Part shown: piece after piece, positions 47,336 to 62,424 of the stretch
Numbering within the stretch: the first letter of the stretch is position 1
Layout: the number at the start of each line of letters is the position of its first letter
Assembly: GCA_965240325.2 (NCBI GenBank)
Contig: OZ251250.1
Coordinates: forward strand, 124,001-188,000
Length of the DNA: 64,000 nucleotides
Direction: 5' to 3'
DNA from: Rebecca billardiae RCC1528
Taxonomy: Eukaryota > Protista > Haptophyta
Made by a program: the position numbers and the translations under genes
The notes under the pieces: model-generated
The model's database searches: none
Told to the model about the DNA's origin: nothing
What the model saw: the letters and a program-made list of their open reading frames with translations, nothing else

Positions 47336-47963
47336 TCTCAGTAAACTGTACCCGGAAGTGAGAGCCCGCGCCGCGCCCGGTCGCCGCGGCGTGCCGGCCC
47401 GCGTCGCGCGGGCCGTTGCGCCGTCAGGAATCGCGGCCATCCGCGGAGAATCGCCTATCAGACGAGAATGCCGCGGGCATCGCCGCGCGTGTCCTGCGGA
47501 CACTCGCCACCAGGCTCTCCGGTCAGGGTCGGACCGTACGCGGGCCTGACGGTTGGACGCGAGCACGGTGTCAGGGTGGTTCAAGACGGCGAGTGCGGCC
47601 CCGGCAGCATGCAGTCTTGGCTCGGACGTGAATCTGCCGCCCGGGGCCCGGCGGCGCGGCCGTGCCGTAGCCGCGCCCGACGCTGCCGCCGGCCCGTCCG
47701 GGACGAGTCGCCACGCCAGTCTGCGAGTCGGAGAGCCGAGTGCCCGGCGGCGCTCGCTGGCACACGGATCGGGGGGCTCGCGCCGCGTAGTGGCACGGCC
47801 CATCATATCGGAATCAGCGCGATCGAGTATGCGTAGCGCGCGATGGCGGCGCCGTTGCGGTTGCGCGGGCCCGGGCTCACACCGAGTCGTCTTCATCGGA
47901 CGAAGCCAGCGCCCCCGCAGCGGGCCCCGCGGAGGCCGAGCTGGCACTCGGCCACGGTACGCG

Positions 47964-49765
47964 TAGGGGGTCCAAGCCAGCAGCCCACTGATTTGTGATA
48001 TTTGACAACCATGCCATGTAGGCGTCTGCTGAGCGTGGCGCTTGCGGAGTCACCCTCAAATATGCCCCACAGCCCAGCCCAGCCGTCAGAAGCACTAAAA
48101 ACCGACTCCGCGTGTCGTCGCGCGGTCGTGCGCGCGCGCAGCGGCGCCCGCTGTGTCACATAGAGATTCAGCCGAATGTTACCTACTTGTTATTGCAGCT
48201 AGATGACGATACGCGGTCGGACTTACCTATTGACAAGCGCTGCCCCCTATCCGAAGGATTTTATGGTGAAAATACCGAAAAAGTGGGGCACTATGCTGTG
48301 CGCGTAGACGTCCATGAAAAACTACTCCAAGATCGAGCACATTACCCATTTAATTATGGGAATTTACCCGCGTATAAGAGCATGTTTACCCACTTTATAT
48401 CAAATGTGGTTACTTTTATAATATGCATTCAAGTACGTGCCTATACATGGGTACCTTGCTCACTATTTGCTGGGTCATCCGAATACGGAATACGGCGGCG
48501 CCGAGACGGCTCATGCTGCCACTGGACTCACATCAGTGAGCGCCGGCCCGCGAACGCGGGCCTGATGCCGGTGGCGGGCTGCACGTGCTGCGGCACACGG
48601 CCAACTCCGCCACTGAACATGCCACCATCCCCGTATGAGAGGCCTCTCCGCCGTCGAGGCTGGCGTGCGCAGACTAGCTCGCCATGTGTGGCGGCTTCCT
48701 TGCCGGTCTCAGGTGTCACCGGCACCGTCGCCGTTCGTCGTACACCAGCCCACGCGAGGCCGCCACCGGTCCACCTCGGCTGCGGCTACAGCGCCTGCAG
48801 TCGAGGGTGCTCCAGGTTACCTCTGACTCGGCGAGCTGCTCGGTGGCGAGCGTTGAGCTCTCTGCCTCCGCTGCCGCGCCCAGCGCGCACGCCTGCCCCG
48901 AGCACCATGCAGTCTGCACGCTGCTCCAAGACGGCCGCCAACAGTGGCGGCGGCACTCCCGAGACGAAGACACGGTGTACAGATGTGGCAGCGGCCATAG
49001 CGGCGCTTGGCGGCGCGCGTCTGCTCCGCAGCAAGCTTGACGTTCGTGACAAGGTGCACGCTCTTCGCCTCAGGGCAGCTCGGCTGCTGCATGCAGCCAA
49101 GCGGCACGCCAAGTGGCACAACAAACAAGCCGACGCGTGCCGGCTGGAGCTTCTGGCGGTACTACTGTGGGCTGGAAGATAGGCCCCGCACGTACACAGG
49201 GTCGCCGAGCTTGCTTACCACCCACGACTGCCGCGCGCTCCCGTTTGCGCACGAGCGGCCAGCCGGATCGCGCGAGTGCATGCGCAGCGCGTGGGGAGGT
49301 GAGCACTGCACGCACCGGGCCAAGCGCCGGGGGCTGACTCATTCTCCTCATGAGCTGATGGAACCAGTAGGGAACCAGGGCGCAGCGTGCACGGTTCACC
49401 TGGAACCGGGGCTGCGTTGTCCGCGCTCATCCGGATGAGAGTTCGAACGGCGCGCAGAGCGGAGCTGTGAGGTTCAAGATGTCCGGTGAGAGCGAGCTGC
49501 CAGCGATCATTTGGCCGAACGCTGCCATGGTGGGCACCCTGACTCGCCCGCCCGCGCGCCTCTGACGCCAGAGCGCGCTCCGCCGCGCCGACGCGACGAT
49601 GAAGTCCACCGCCCAGGCGTGCTGCTCGCCCGATCTCGGGCTCGACCGTGCTCTGAACGGCCGCGGCCCGTGCTGCCGCAATTCGAGGCCAAAATGTTCG
49701 GAAATGCTCAGCGCGAAATCGGTCAGTCGATTTTCGATTTTAAATTCCGCGGCTTGGACCCCCTA
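47964..49765 (-). mobile_element. 1.8-kb TIR DNA transposon (TAGGGGGTCCAAGCC TIRs) with 7-bp TSD GTACGCG; relative of 26083-28482 in the opposite orientation
   Basis: 15-bp perfect TIRs; TSD at 47957-47963 and 49766-49772. 47964-~48775 is a diverged reverse complement of ~27640-28482. Confidence 0.93.
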
Positions 49766-49937
49766 GTACGCGGCTCAGAATCTGAATCAGCATATTAATA
49801 TATTATCAGCGGCGGCGCCGCGCGGCGCGCGGCGCGCGCACTGATGCTGATGATGAGAATAATATATATATATATATATAAGTTCTGTCGTTATTTCGTC
49901 CGAGGAAATATCGCGTCATGGCGAGGCCGAGCCACTG

Positions 49938-51937
<2,000 letters not shown>

Positions 51938-52140
51938 ACCCGGCCTGGTCGGAACGGTCGCAAGGCGCGGACTCACTGCGCATTCAGTATCCGTATGCCC
52001 GGTATGGCGTATGCTGCATGCATGTCTGCTCGGCCACCGTCTGAGCCTCACGCTTCGGCCCAGCCCATTGTGACATACCACGTCGTTAACGTACTGATCG
52101 GCCACTCACGGGCGCGGCCCAGGGCGCCAGCAGCTCTCGG

Positions 52141-52618
52141 TCAGTCGGCCGCGGCGCGCGGCGGCGGCAGGGCCAGCCGCGGCCGCTGCGGCCGGTCAGC
52201 AGGCGCGGCGGACGGTCCGGGGGCTGCTGCCACGCCGGGCGCGCACGGCGGCGGCGGCGGCGGTGGGCAGCCTGCGTAGTCGAGCGGGCGCGCCGCGCCA
52301 CGCGCGCTCGCGAGCGCCGCGCCACCTGCCGACGCCGCCTGCGACGCGGCCAGCAGCTGCTCCACCCGCATGCGCGCCTGTTGCGTGCGTGTCACGCGCG
52401 CGCGCGCGGGTACGGTTAGAGGGACGACAGGGTGAGCGTGGGCGCGCGGGGTACGGGCAGGGGGATCGGGTGAGGGTGGGCGCGCGGGTACGGTTAGAGG
52501 GACGACAGGGTGAGGGTGGGTGGGCGCGCGGCGTGCGTTAGGCACGCTGCCACGCGCGAGGAGCGGGCGCGTGCATGCGCCTCGAGCGGGTGCCGTACAC
52601 CGCACACGCTCGGGCCAT

Positions 52619-52651
<33 letters not shown>

Positions 52652-53246
52652 CGCGCGCGCACACACACACACGCACGCACGCACACGCACACACACTCGC
52701 GCACACGCACGCACACAGGGCGGCGGTGGGCGGCGATTTTCGCTGTGGCGCCGCAGGCCGGCGCGGGGCGCGGCGCACCGTGCGCAGCACATCGCACACG
52801 GCGCGCTCGGTCTCGGCGCCATGCACGTCCACGAGCAGCGCGGCGAGCTGCTCGAGCGCCGCGCCCACCGCGCCGTCCGCTGCGAGCGCCGCGCGCCGCC
52901 CCTCAGCCGCGGCGCCGCCCTCGACGCCGCCGCGGGCGTCGGGCTCGTCGTCCTCGGAGGTTTCGTCGGCGTCCATCGCGCTGGGACCCACGCGCTCGGC
53001 CGAGATGTTCCCCCCCGGCGCAGCCTGCCCACCGCCGCCGAAGCCGCCGCCGCGCGCGCCCGTCAGTGTAAGCGGCCGCAGCGCGCGCTCCCCCGGCCGG
53101 AGCAATGGCCGCCACGGGTCCTCGAAGAAGGTGGGCTTGACGAAACTGCGGGCGTCGGCGGGCGGCGCGCCGCCGCGCGCGTGCGGCATGCCGCCGCGGG
53201 CACGCCCGCCGCGCGCCCGCCCGCCGCCCGACCGGCGGTCGCGCAT
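52141..53246 (-). CDS. Small two-exon hypothetical protein with an MPLKIP/TTDN1-like motif
   Basis: RGG-rich N-terminus, [14 protein letters not shown] (cf. KPSxxEDPW), helical [20 protein letters not shown], then an intron containing (CA)n, then ARMRVEQLL. Confidence 0.5.
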
Positions 53247-53995
53247 GGCGGCGAAGGCCGACGACCGCGCCGGCGCCCGTCGACCGACGGCGCGCGATTC
53301 TTGCTTGTTGTTTGCCGCCACCGCCAGGCCAGCCCGTTTCCGCAAGCGACGGAGCAATCGTACTGTCGTCAACCAGTCGTAGTCATTTGCTGGTACATCA
53401 ATCGCATTTAATCTAGATCCACGTAGTATACGACTCTGAAGAGTAAGGTAGCTGGAGTAGTCTCAAGCGCCGCGGCGATAATTCAGCGCACAGCACACTC
53501 ACAGCGCCGGAGCGCCTGTGCCGGGCCGCGGCAATCGGCATCCGGGCGTCGCCGGCATCCGCGGCGCGGCGGCGGGCGGCCCTGGGTGCTGCGCGTGCGT
53601 ACGCGCCGGTCCCGGGGCCATCCGGAGGGCGGCCGACCCGGCCACACGGGAGAGGCGCGCGCGGCGGTCCGCGAGCGGTCCGCGCCGCCAGCCGCCAGCC
53701 AGCCAGGGCGGCCGGCCCATCGGCCTGAGGCTGATTCGTCCTGAATGATGATCCGGACAGTGTCCGGACACGACCCAGCGGGCTCCGGCCGTCCCAGCCG
53801 CCAGGAGCAGCAGCGCGCCGCGCGCGCCCGGCCACGCGCCACGCCCGCCCGGCTGCCCGCGCCCGCCGGCGCGGCGGTGAGGAGGCGGGGGCGCCGCGGG
53901 TGAGCAGCCGAGATTGCAATCTCCGGCCGTGCCGCCCTCCGGCCCGGCTCCCGCTCGCTGGCCGCTGCGCATCCGCCCGGCACGCGGGCCGCCCC

Positions 53996-54192
53996 CCCGC
54001 CCTACTTCTTGCCACTGCCGCTCTGCGCCTCCGCCCCGCCCACGCCCGCCGCCATCTCCGGGTGCGAATCCATGAAGGACTTGAGCAGCGCGGCCCGCCC
54101 TACTTCTTGCCACTGCCGCTCTGCGCCTCCGCCCCGCCCACGCCCGCCGCCATCTCCGGGTGCGAATCCATGAAGGACTTGAGCAGCGCGGC
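53996..54192. repeat. 98-bp tandem duplication of the last codons and stop of the ankyrin gene
   Basis: ctacttcttgccactgccg...gagcagcgcggc starts at both 54002 and 54100. Confidence 0.92.
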
Positions 54193-57100
54193 GGTGTCGC
54201 GCTTGCCCGTGCGCTCGGCGAGCTGGAGCGGCGTGATTTTATTGTCGTCGGCGAGAAACGGGTTTGCGCCGCGGTCGAGGAGGAGCTGCACGACCTCCGG
54301 CTCTGCGCGGGCGGGGCGAGGGGGAAATAATAATAATCATAAGGGGGAAATCATAAGCGCACAAGCAGGCGCGCGCGGCTCGGCCGGACGCCGCAGGCGC
54401 ACCCCGGGCCCGCACCCCCCCCCCCCCCCCCCGTGCGCGCGCGGCGCACTCCGCTGCGCGCAGCCGCGAGCCGCCCCCGCGGCCGTGCTAGCCCGGCCGC
54501 CGCCGACAGCGCGCGTGCGCGCGCGCGCGCGCGCGCGGAGAGAGTGCGCCCTCGGCGCGGAGATTGCAATCTCGGCGAGCGGGCGCGCACCGGCCTTGAA
54601 GGCGGCGATATGCAGCGGCGTGCGCCCCTGCGAGTCGAGCGCGTCGATGTCGTCGAGCTTGTGCGCGTGCTGCTCCGACAGGTACAGCCTGTGCGCGCGA
54701 AGATGAATTGTGGAATTGTTTTTTGGGGGGCGGAGTTGTTTATTGGGAGTTTTTTTTGTTTTGGGGGATCGAGGGTTAATGTCGTGGGCGGGGAACGCGC
54801 CGGGCCGAGCCGAGAGCGCGGGGCGCGGGGAGGCGCGGGTCACGGTGAGTCCTGGCTGGCGGCGGCGACCTCGCCGTCCCGCACGCGGGACGGCGAGGCC
54901 ATCCAGCGCGCGGCCATGCGGACTCGGGTCGCAGCGCGCGCGCGCACTGGCCTGGCCGGCGCGCGCGCGCGCGAGAGAGAGAGAGCACGCGAACCCGCTG
55001 GAGCGCAGGGGCCAGGGCGGGGCGCACTAGCGCGCGCGCGCGCACCGCACGACGTCGGGCTTGTTGGACGTGAGCGCCTGGTGCAGCACCGTCTGCCACT
55101 CGTTGGACAGCCAGTTGATGTCCGCGCCGTTCGCCATCAGCCTGGTGCCAGGCAGCACGCGGCAGTCCGGACAGTCCGGTGTGGGCGCGCGGCGGGTGTC
55201 GGGGCGCGGAGGGTGTCGGGTGCCTCAGAGGTGGGGAGGGCGCGCGAGTCCGGATGGTCCGGGGGTCCGGGCGGTCCGGGAGGCGTGCGCGCGCGCGCGC
55301 GGGCGGGGAGGGAGCCGCGCCGACCCTACTACCCCCAAACCCTCACCCCCCCAACCCGAACCGCCCTCCCAGCCCGCGCGCAAGCTTGCAATCTCGGCGC
55401 GCGCGAGATTGCAATCTCGACACGGGCGCGCGAGATTGGTATCTCGGCGCGCACCAGTTGCAGATCTCGGGCCGGCCGTATTCGGACGCGGTGAAGAGCG
55501 CCGTCTTGCCGCGCTTGTCCATGTAGTCCACGTCGATGCCCGCGGCGACGAGCGCGGCGAGCAGCTCGCGCCAGCGGGACGGCTCGACCGGCGGAATCCG
55601 ACAGACTGCGCGGCGCGCGGGCGCGCGGGCGCGCGGGCGCGCGGGCGCGCGGCGCGCGGGCGCGCGGGCGCGCGGCGCGCGGGTGTGTGCGGGTCAGCCG
55701 GAGCACATGCGCCACGGCGCGAGCAGCCAACGCCACGGCGCCGCAGCCCGCGCCTCCGCGCGCCCCGCCCGCGCGTGCAATCTCGGCGCGATCTCGCACC
55801 TTTGTGCAGCACAGTCTCCTGCCTGTCGTCACATACGTTCACATTGTGCCCTGCACCCACGTAAGTAAAGAGGGTATCGTGCTCGCCCACGTCCGCCGCC
55901 TGCAGGAAGTTGACCTCGATCGACTCCTCCGACTGGAGCACGTTGGAGCGCTGCCGGATCTGGACCACCTGCATCGCGCAGCAGACAAACGACGAGCCGG
56001 AATTCACGAGCAGGAATTTCAAGGAAAAGAAAGTAGAAGAAATCCGCGTAAAAAGGAATAATAGCGCAAAAGCACAGGAGAGGATGGTCGCAGTCGCGAG
56101 GGGGCGTGCGCCCGGCAGGGGTGCGCCGGGGTGGGGGCGGTCACGCGTGCGCGGCGCGGACGGGAGCGCGCGCCGAGGCGCGCCACCCAACCCCTCAGCA
56201 AGCCCTCAGGCCACACGCACCGCCCCAGCACCGGACGCGCCGCGCCCCGCGCGCCGCCGCCGGCGCCGCGCGGCGGCGAGAAAAAGGACAGCCCGCCAAA
56301 TAAACAATTGGAAAAAAAAGCTCTCCCTCGCGGGCGCGCGCACCTTGGAGTCACGGCGCGACGCCTCGCGCGCTTTGATGCCGCCGCCCGGCACGAGCTC
56401 GCGCGAGCCGCGCCGCGAGCTGCGGCCGCCGCCCGCGCCGCCGCCCAGCTGTCCGCTAGAGCTGCGCCTCCCGCCACCGCCGCCGCCACCGCCGCCCAGC
56501 GAAGCCTGCGCGCGCGGACGGGGGCGGCGCGCGCGCGGCGCGGGGTGCGCGAGGCCGCGGGCGTGAGCGCCGCGTGCGCGGGCCGCGCGTGCCGCGCGCA
56601 GCCACCAGCCCCGGGGGCGGGCTCGCACGGCCGACCGGCCCCAGCGCCGCGCCGATCGGCGGCATCGGGCTCCCTTCCCCCGGACTTGCCCCGGACTCCC
56701 CCGGACTCGCAGGCGGCGCCGCCTAGGCCAGCAGTGGCGCCCGCCAGAGCTGGCGCCCCGTAGCCGTGCGCCGTGTCGGGCGGCCGACGGGCCACAGGCA
56801 GACGGCGTGCGTGCACGCTGGCGCCGCGCAGCGCAGCACAGCAGCTCGCGGCGCCAAAGAAATAAAAAAACTTGCTTTATTTCCTTGGCGGCGCGGCGCG
56901 ACCCCCCCGCCAGCCGGCCACGCACGCGCGGCCGCTCGCCGCAGCCACCGCGCGGCGGAGCCGGCGCCACCCGCAGCGCACAGCCGGCGGCGGGGCAGCG
57001 GGGGCCGGCGGGCAAACCGCACCCGATGACAGCCGTCGGCGCTAACCCAAAACCCTCACCCTCACCCTAACCCTACGCAGGCGCACCTTCGCGAGGAGCG

Positions 57101-57734
57101 CCTCGGCCTCCTTGACCGCGCGCGCCTCCTCGGCCTTCTTCTTCTCCTCGTCCCGGATCGTGGTCACCAGCCCGCGCAGCGCGAGCACCTCGAGCACCTG
57201 ATCCTCGCTCATGCCGTCGGTATCCACCTCCTCCGTGCCAAGTTTGATTCCCCAGTGCGCGGCGAGATTCTCGAGCGTCACGTTCTCCCTGCCGGCGGAG
57301 ACGGCCTTCCACTTGGTCTCCATCGTCAGCGGGTCCGCCTCCGGGTTGATCAGCTTGTACCCGTCGAAGAACTCCTTCTTCTCCAGCAGGTTGCTGCGCG
57401 CGACGAAGCGCGCGGCCGGCGGTGGCGAGAGCGAACGCACGCCGGCGCCGAGGGCGGGCACGGGCAGCGGGGCGCGTGAGCGCGCGCGTGCGCGTGCGTG
57501 CGGTCGGCTGGTAAGCCCCGTGCGCACGCCGGGCGGGGGGCACGCGGCCATGGCGCCACGTGCACCCGCGGTGCCAGCGCGGCCGCGACAGACCGCCGAG
57601 CCGGCGCGCAGCCGAGGCGCGCGCGCGCGCGCAGCCGGCGGGGCACGCCTCGGCGGCGCACGGCGGCGCGCGCACTTGTTGTTCTTGTCGAGCGTCTGAA
57701 AGATCGTCGCGAGCACCTCGCGCGTGATCGCCAT
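54100..57734 (-). CDS. EF-hand plus ankyrin-repeat protein, multi-exon
   Basis: Splicing 57676 to 57393 gives the EF loop DKNNNNLLEKKE. Ankyrin exons: ETVLHK, GKTALFTASEYGRPEIC, GADINW..QTVLHQA, GRTPLHIAA, LLLDRGANP..TPLQLA. Joining the 5' part to the ankyrin exons via a ~56500-56344 exon is inferred. Confidence 0.72.
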
Positions 57735-59506
57735 GGCGACTGCCCGTCGGCCGCGCGCGCCGCGATCGCTCCCAGCGGCGGCCTGTGCGGGTACGCTGCG
57801 CCGCAGACCGCGATAAGCGCAGCACTCAGCTTGGCCAAGACGCTCGCGAGTCGAGTGATACTCACCGTTCATCAATCACATATTACTGGGTACATCTAAT
57901 ACTCGGGCTCGCCGCCGCTCGAGGCTCATCCAATAGGAGCTCGCTCGCGTATGAGTAGTAACTGGTTTCAGCATGGCTGCCGGCCCACGCACGCCCACCC
58001 AGCGTGCCCCGCGCCGCCTCGCGCGCCCGCCGAGGCAGCCTCGAGGGCCGGCACGGACGCGAGGCACGCTGAGCCGTGCAACAGTTCAGAGTCAGCCACT
58101 GCGGTCATCACTCGTCATCTCACACGCATGCAGCTGACTGCACTCGAGGCGGTTGACTGCGCGGGATCCGCCAGTCTGACGGGGCGCGCACTAGCCACTA
58201 CCGTAGTCGCCGCTTAGACAGTCTGGCCTGCTGCTGATAGTGATGGCTGCCGCGGAGCTCTCGTCCTACGATGGCGGACAGGGTCGGTCTCGTCCTACGA
58301 TGGCGGACCGGGTCTGGCCGGAGCGGCTGAGCCGGGGCGCGCCTGGCGGACAGTCGGACGGGCGCGCCAGGCCCGAGCCACGCGGCCCAAACACTTACTC
58401 CTGCTGTGACCCGTCCGCTCGCGGCACTATATACTGCTGTCGGATGCTGCCGGCCGCTTGGCCGCCACTATAGAAATACGCCTCGGGACCGCCACGGCTC
58501 GGGCGCGCTGAGACTGCTGCGCTGCTAATACTTGGCCGGCGGAGCCGAGTGACCGCGCCCTCTACCCGCGGGCCCGCACCGTGACCGGGCGCCTGACTAC
58601 GCGCAACAGACCGCGCCGGCCGCGGACCGGGCCACCGCGCCTGCGCCCTCGAGTCCGTCGACGGTCGGTCACTCCGCATGGCGGCTATATGCATGATGTA
58701 TAGTACCGTTATTGCTGCTAGCTGCTATGCGCTGATGACGATGGCGCTGTACGTGCTGTATGCAGCATCACTGATGCCGCGCGTGTAGTTAGCAGCTAGT
58801 ATACTACTTTATGCGCGCAGCAGGATAACGTGCTGATGCGTGCCGTGTGACGTAGTTGTGACGGTCGCCGAGGCGACGACGACTACGATCATCAATCAGC
58901 AAATAATAATGATATTATTATTGATGCATGTCCTTATGCTGCCCCACTCATCCTGAGTGGCCTCGGTCGGGCTCGGAGACGACTACGACTTACGATTACG
59001 ATGATGATGACATATGACGACTACTACCTTGGTGTCTCGGTCAGTGGTTTGAGGTTGGGTGAGGGTGGTGGTTGGTTGGGGCGGCTGGCCAGGGTAGGGC
59101 TGGAGGCTTCGGCCGCCGCCAGTCGGCAGTCTGATCACCCGGTCAGCCCGTATATATAGTTATAAAGCCAAAGGGGAATTTTCACAGTAAAGAAATCGAT
59201 TTTCGGCGTTACCGTAACCCGTCCGCACATCCGCCCAGTGGGGATGCGGGGGATTTTTTTTCATGCCCCGTTCGCGGCACTTCGCGCCGCGTTATCGATT
59301 TATCGAACTATACTACTATATATATACGATCGAGCATTATATTAGCTGCTGTAGCGCATATCAGAGTTCGTCGCTTCACGACAACTCAGCAGCAGTCGAT
59401 CTCAGAATATGTATATATATATATATTATTAGTTCGTGACGCGATCTGACGACGACGCGATATATCAGCACTGCAACCAGGCCCACCGTGACGGGTCGTG
59501 TATTAG

Positions 59507-60870
59507 TCACTGCCGCAGCGCCGCCGAGGGGCGCGGCACGCCGTTGATGGACGGCGAGCGCGGCGCTGTCGCGCGCGGGTGCGCGACGACGCGCTGGAAC
59601 GGCTGCGCCGACGCGACCGCGTCGGCGAGCACGCGCCCGCTCGCGGCGTCGAGCACGCGCCACCGCTCCCCCGGCTCGGAGGGAAGCGCGATCGACTCGC
59701 GCGGCCGGAGTCGGGCCGCCTCGTGCCACGCGGCGGGGGCCTCGAGCAGGCGAAGGACGAGCGCGCCGCCCCCTCCGCCCGCGTCGTCGGCGCCGTCCTC
59801 CGCCGCCTCGAGCACGAGCTCGACGCGCACGCGCGCGCCGTACGCGCCCGCGCCGCCCGCCGGCGGCACGTCCACGTGCTGCTCGAGCGCGTGCGTCGCC
59901 ACGTGCTCCCACACGCGCAGCCCGGCGCTCGGGTCGAGCGCGTAGTAGAGGGTGCCCGGCGCGACGTCCCGGAGTCGCAGCCGGCCGTCCGGGCCGAGCG
60001 TGCCGACGAGCGCGTCGCCGACGAGCACGCCTGACTGTGGGCGCGGGAGCGGCAGCGCGTCCGTCGCCGCCGTCGCGGCGGTGCGGTGGTGCGGCGCCGC
60101 GGGTGTGAAGCCGCGCGATCGGTAGATTCGAATTCGATCGTCAGCGTCCGCCGGCGCGGTGGAGCTCGAGAGTCGCGGCGGCGGCGGCGGCTGGCGCTCC
60201 CCCTCCGCTCCGCTCGAGGGCGCGGCGCCCGGCGCGGCCGCGTGCGCCGCCCGCCGCCGCCCGTCCGGCCGGTGGAATTCGATCGCGACGCGGCGCGACG
60301 GCACAATGGCAACAGCCTGCCACGCCGGCGCGGCGCGCGCGGTGACGGTGCGCAGGTGGTGGCCTGTGCTGGCGTCGCGCACGCGCCACACGGCGCCCGG
60401 CGTCGTGCGCTGCCGGAACGGCGCGCCGCCCTGCTCGATGTCGGCGTACTTGTACTCGCGCCACGCCGCCGAGGTTTCGTCACTCTCGGCGACGGCGCCG
60501 CCACCGCCGCCGCCGCCGACGACTCGGGCCGCGCCGGTCGGCGCGCCGTCCGCGGCGCGCTCGCCGCTCGGGCCGGCGGCGGCGGCGGCGGCGGCCGGGG
60601 GCTCCACCCAGTAGACAGACGCGCGCGTGCCGAGCAGCGCGTTGGTCGGGAAGGTGAAGACGAGCGTCACGTCCGTGGGGGGCGTGGCAGAGTCCGGGGA
60701 TCCGTTGGCAGAGTCCGGGAGTCCGGGGGCCGAGGCTGCGGGTCCGTGCCCGGCGCGCGCGGGCGCGGCGGCGGCGTGGGCTGTGGTGGCGGAGGTGGCG
60801 GCGGGCGCGGGCGCGCGCGGGCCGCGCGACGGCGCTCGCCGTGCGGCGCCGGCCGCGCCAGCAGCCGGCC

Positions 60871-60904
<34 letters not shown>

Positions 60905-62023
60905 ACGGCCGCCGCCAGCCGGCGGCGCGCCGCCGCTCGGCTGCGCCCGGCGCGCGGCGGCCTCCGCGCTGCTGCGCACGCGCTCAATCTCCGCCTCGAG
61001 ATCGCGCGCGTGTGCCTCGGACGCCTCGTGCTCCGCGTCCACCGCCGAGCGCAGCGCCGCCATCACCGCCGTGAGCTCCCGCAGCTGCGCGGCGAGCTCG
61101 GCGGCGGAGATTGAATCTCCCCGGGACGCCTCGGGCCCCGAGATTGAATCTCCCGGGGGCGGCTCGAGCCGGGCCAGCCGCGCCTCGAGAGCGCTCAGCC
61201 GCGCCGTCGTCCGCGCAGAGCTCGCGGCGCTCGACGCGGCCGCGCGCAGGTCCTCGCGCACCTCCGCATCTGCCGCCGCCGCCGCCGCCGAGGCAGCGCC
61301 TGCGGGGGCGGCAGCGGTGCCCGCGTGAGGCGGCGGCGCCGCAGATTGATTCGTCACCTTCGCCGTTGGCTGCGGCGGCGGTGCCGCCGTCCGGGCGGGC
61401 TCGCGCGGCGCGGGCGTGTGCGCAGAGAGCGTCAATGGCCCGTGCTCGACGAGCGCGAGAGGCGCTGACGCCGAGCGCGAGCTCTGCACCGCGCCAGCCG
61501 CGCCGCGCGCCGCGGCCGCGCTGGCCGGGGCGTGCGATCGGCCACGCTCTCCGCCGCGCGTGGGCGTAAGCGACTCCAGCAGCTCGGCCTCGAAGCCGCC
61601 GAGCGCGGCCGCGGCAGCATGAAGCGGGCCCTCCGCCGCGCGCACGCGCGGCCACGCGTCCGTGCCGGCCGCCGCGCGGCGCGCGTCCGCGGCGGCGAGA
61701 CTAAAGGTGGCGGCGAGGCCGAGGCCCAGGCCCAGAAGGACGCCGCAGCCGACGAGCGCGGCCGCGCGGCGGTCGGCGCGGCGAGAGGCGGGAGAGCACG
61801 GACCCGCCTCAATCGCCTCCGCGCACGCGTGCGCGCGCTGCGCGGCCAAGCCCGCGCCCGGCGTCGTGCGCGCGGCCGGCCGCGCGCCGTGCGCGGCCGC
61901 GCGCTGCAGGAGCCGGCGCGGGTGCTTGGACGGCGTGCCGCCGAAGCTCGAGCGCTGGCGGCGGAGCTCGGGCGGCATGTCAACGGTCACGCTGGCCATG
62001 CCCGTCGCCCCGATCGGCGGCAT
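59507..62023 (-). CDS. Single-TM, coiled-coil protein with VHL beta-domain-like repeats
   Basis: TM LVGCGVLLGLGLGLAATF; coiled coils; VTLVF..SVYWVE..EYKYADIEQG..FRQRTTPGAVWRVRDASTG, plus two degenerate repeats (..PGERWRVLDAASG). Confidence 0.65.
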
Positions 62024-62424
62024 GCTCTCCGCGCGCGTCCGTGCGTGCGTGGCGCTCGTCGCGTGTAGCGCGCAGCGTGGTGCGGCGGCCGGCGCGCGGT
62101 CCAATGTCGCGCTCACGGTCAATCAGCGCGAATAGCGGAAGTCGCGGAGACTTCCTCCCGCCAAAACTCGGCGCCGCCCGAGGGAACTTTCACCAACGAC
62201 CGGTCGGGGACCCGGGGTGCAGACCTCCTGGCCGCGGCCGGCGAGAAAATGTGCGCTCGCGAACCTTCGGCTGAGCAAGCACGGCCCGGCTGAGAGGCTG
62301 CACCCAAAAATACCGCGCCTTTCGCTGGTGTTCGCTGCGGCGCAGTGATCTCCGCCGGCCAGATCAGCGCAATCACACACGGCTTCGCGCGTCGGGCGCG
62401 AGAGGGGCTGCGCGCGTACTCGTA

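Noticed and set aside
57900-59500. Possible C/D snoRNAs, or a small degenerate MITE at ~59151-59315
   Set aside because: ATGATGA/CTGA words are common throughout intergenic DNA here and I see no guide complementarity; the putative TIR is short, imperfect and in TA-rich sequence.
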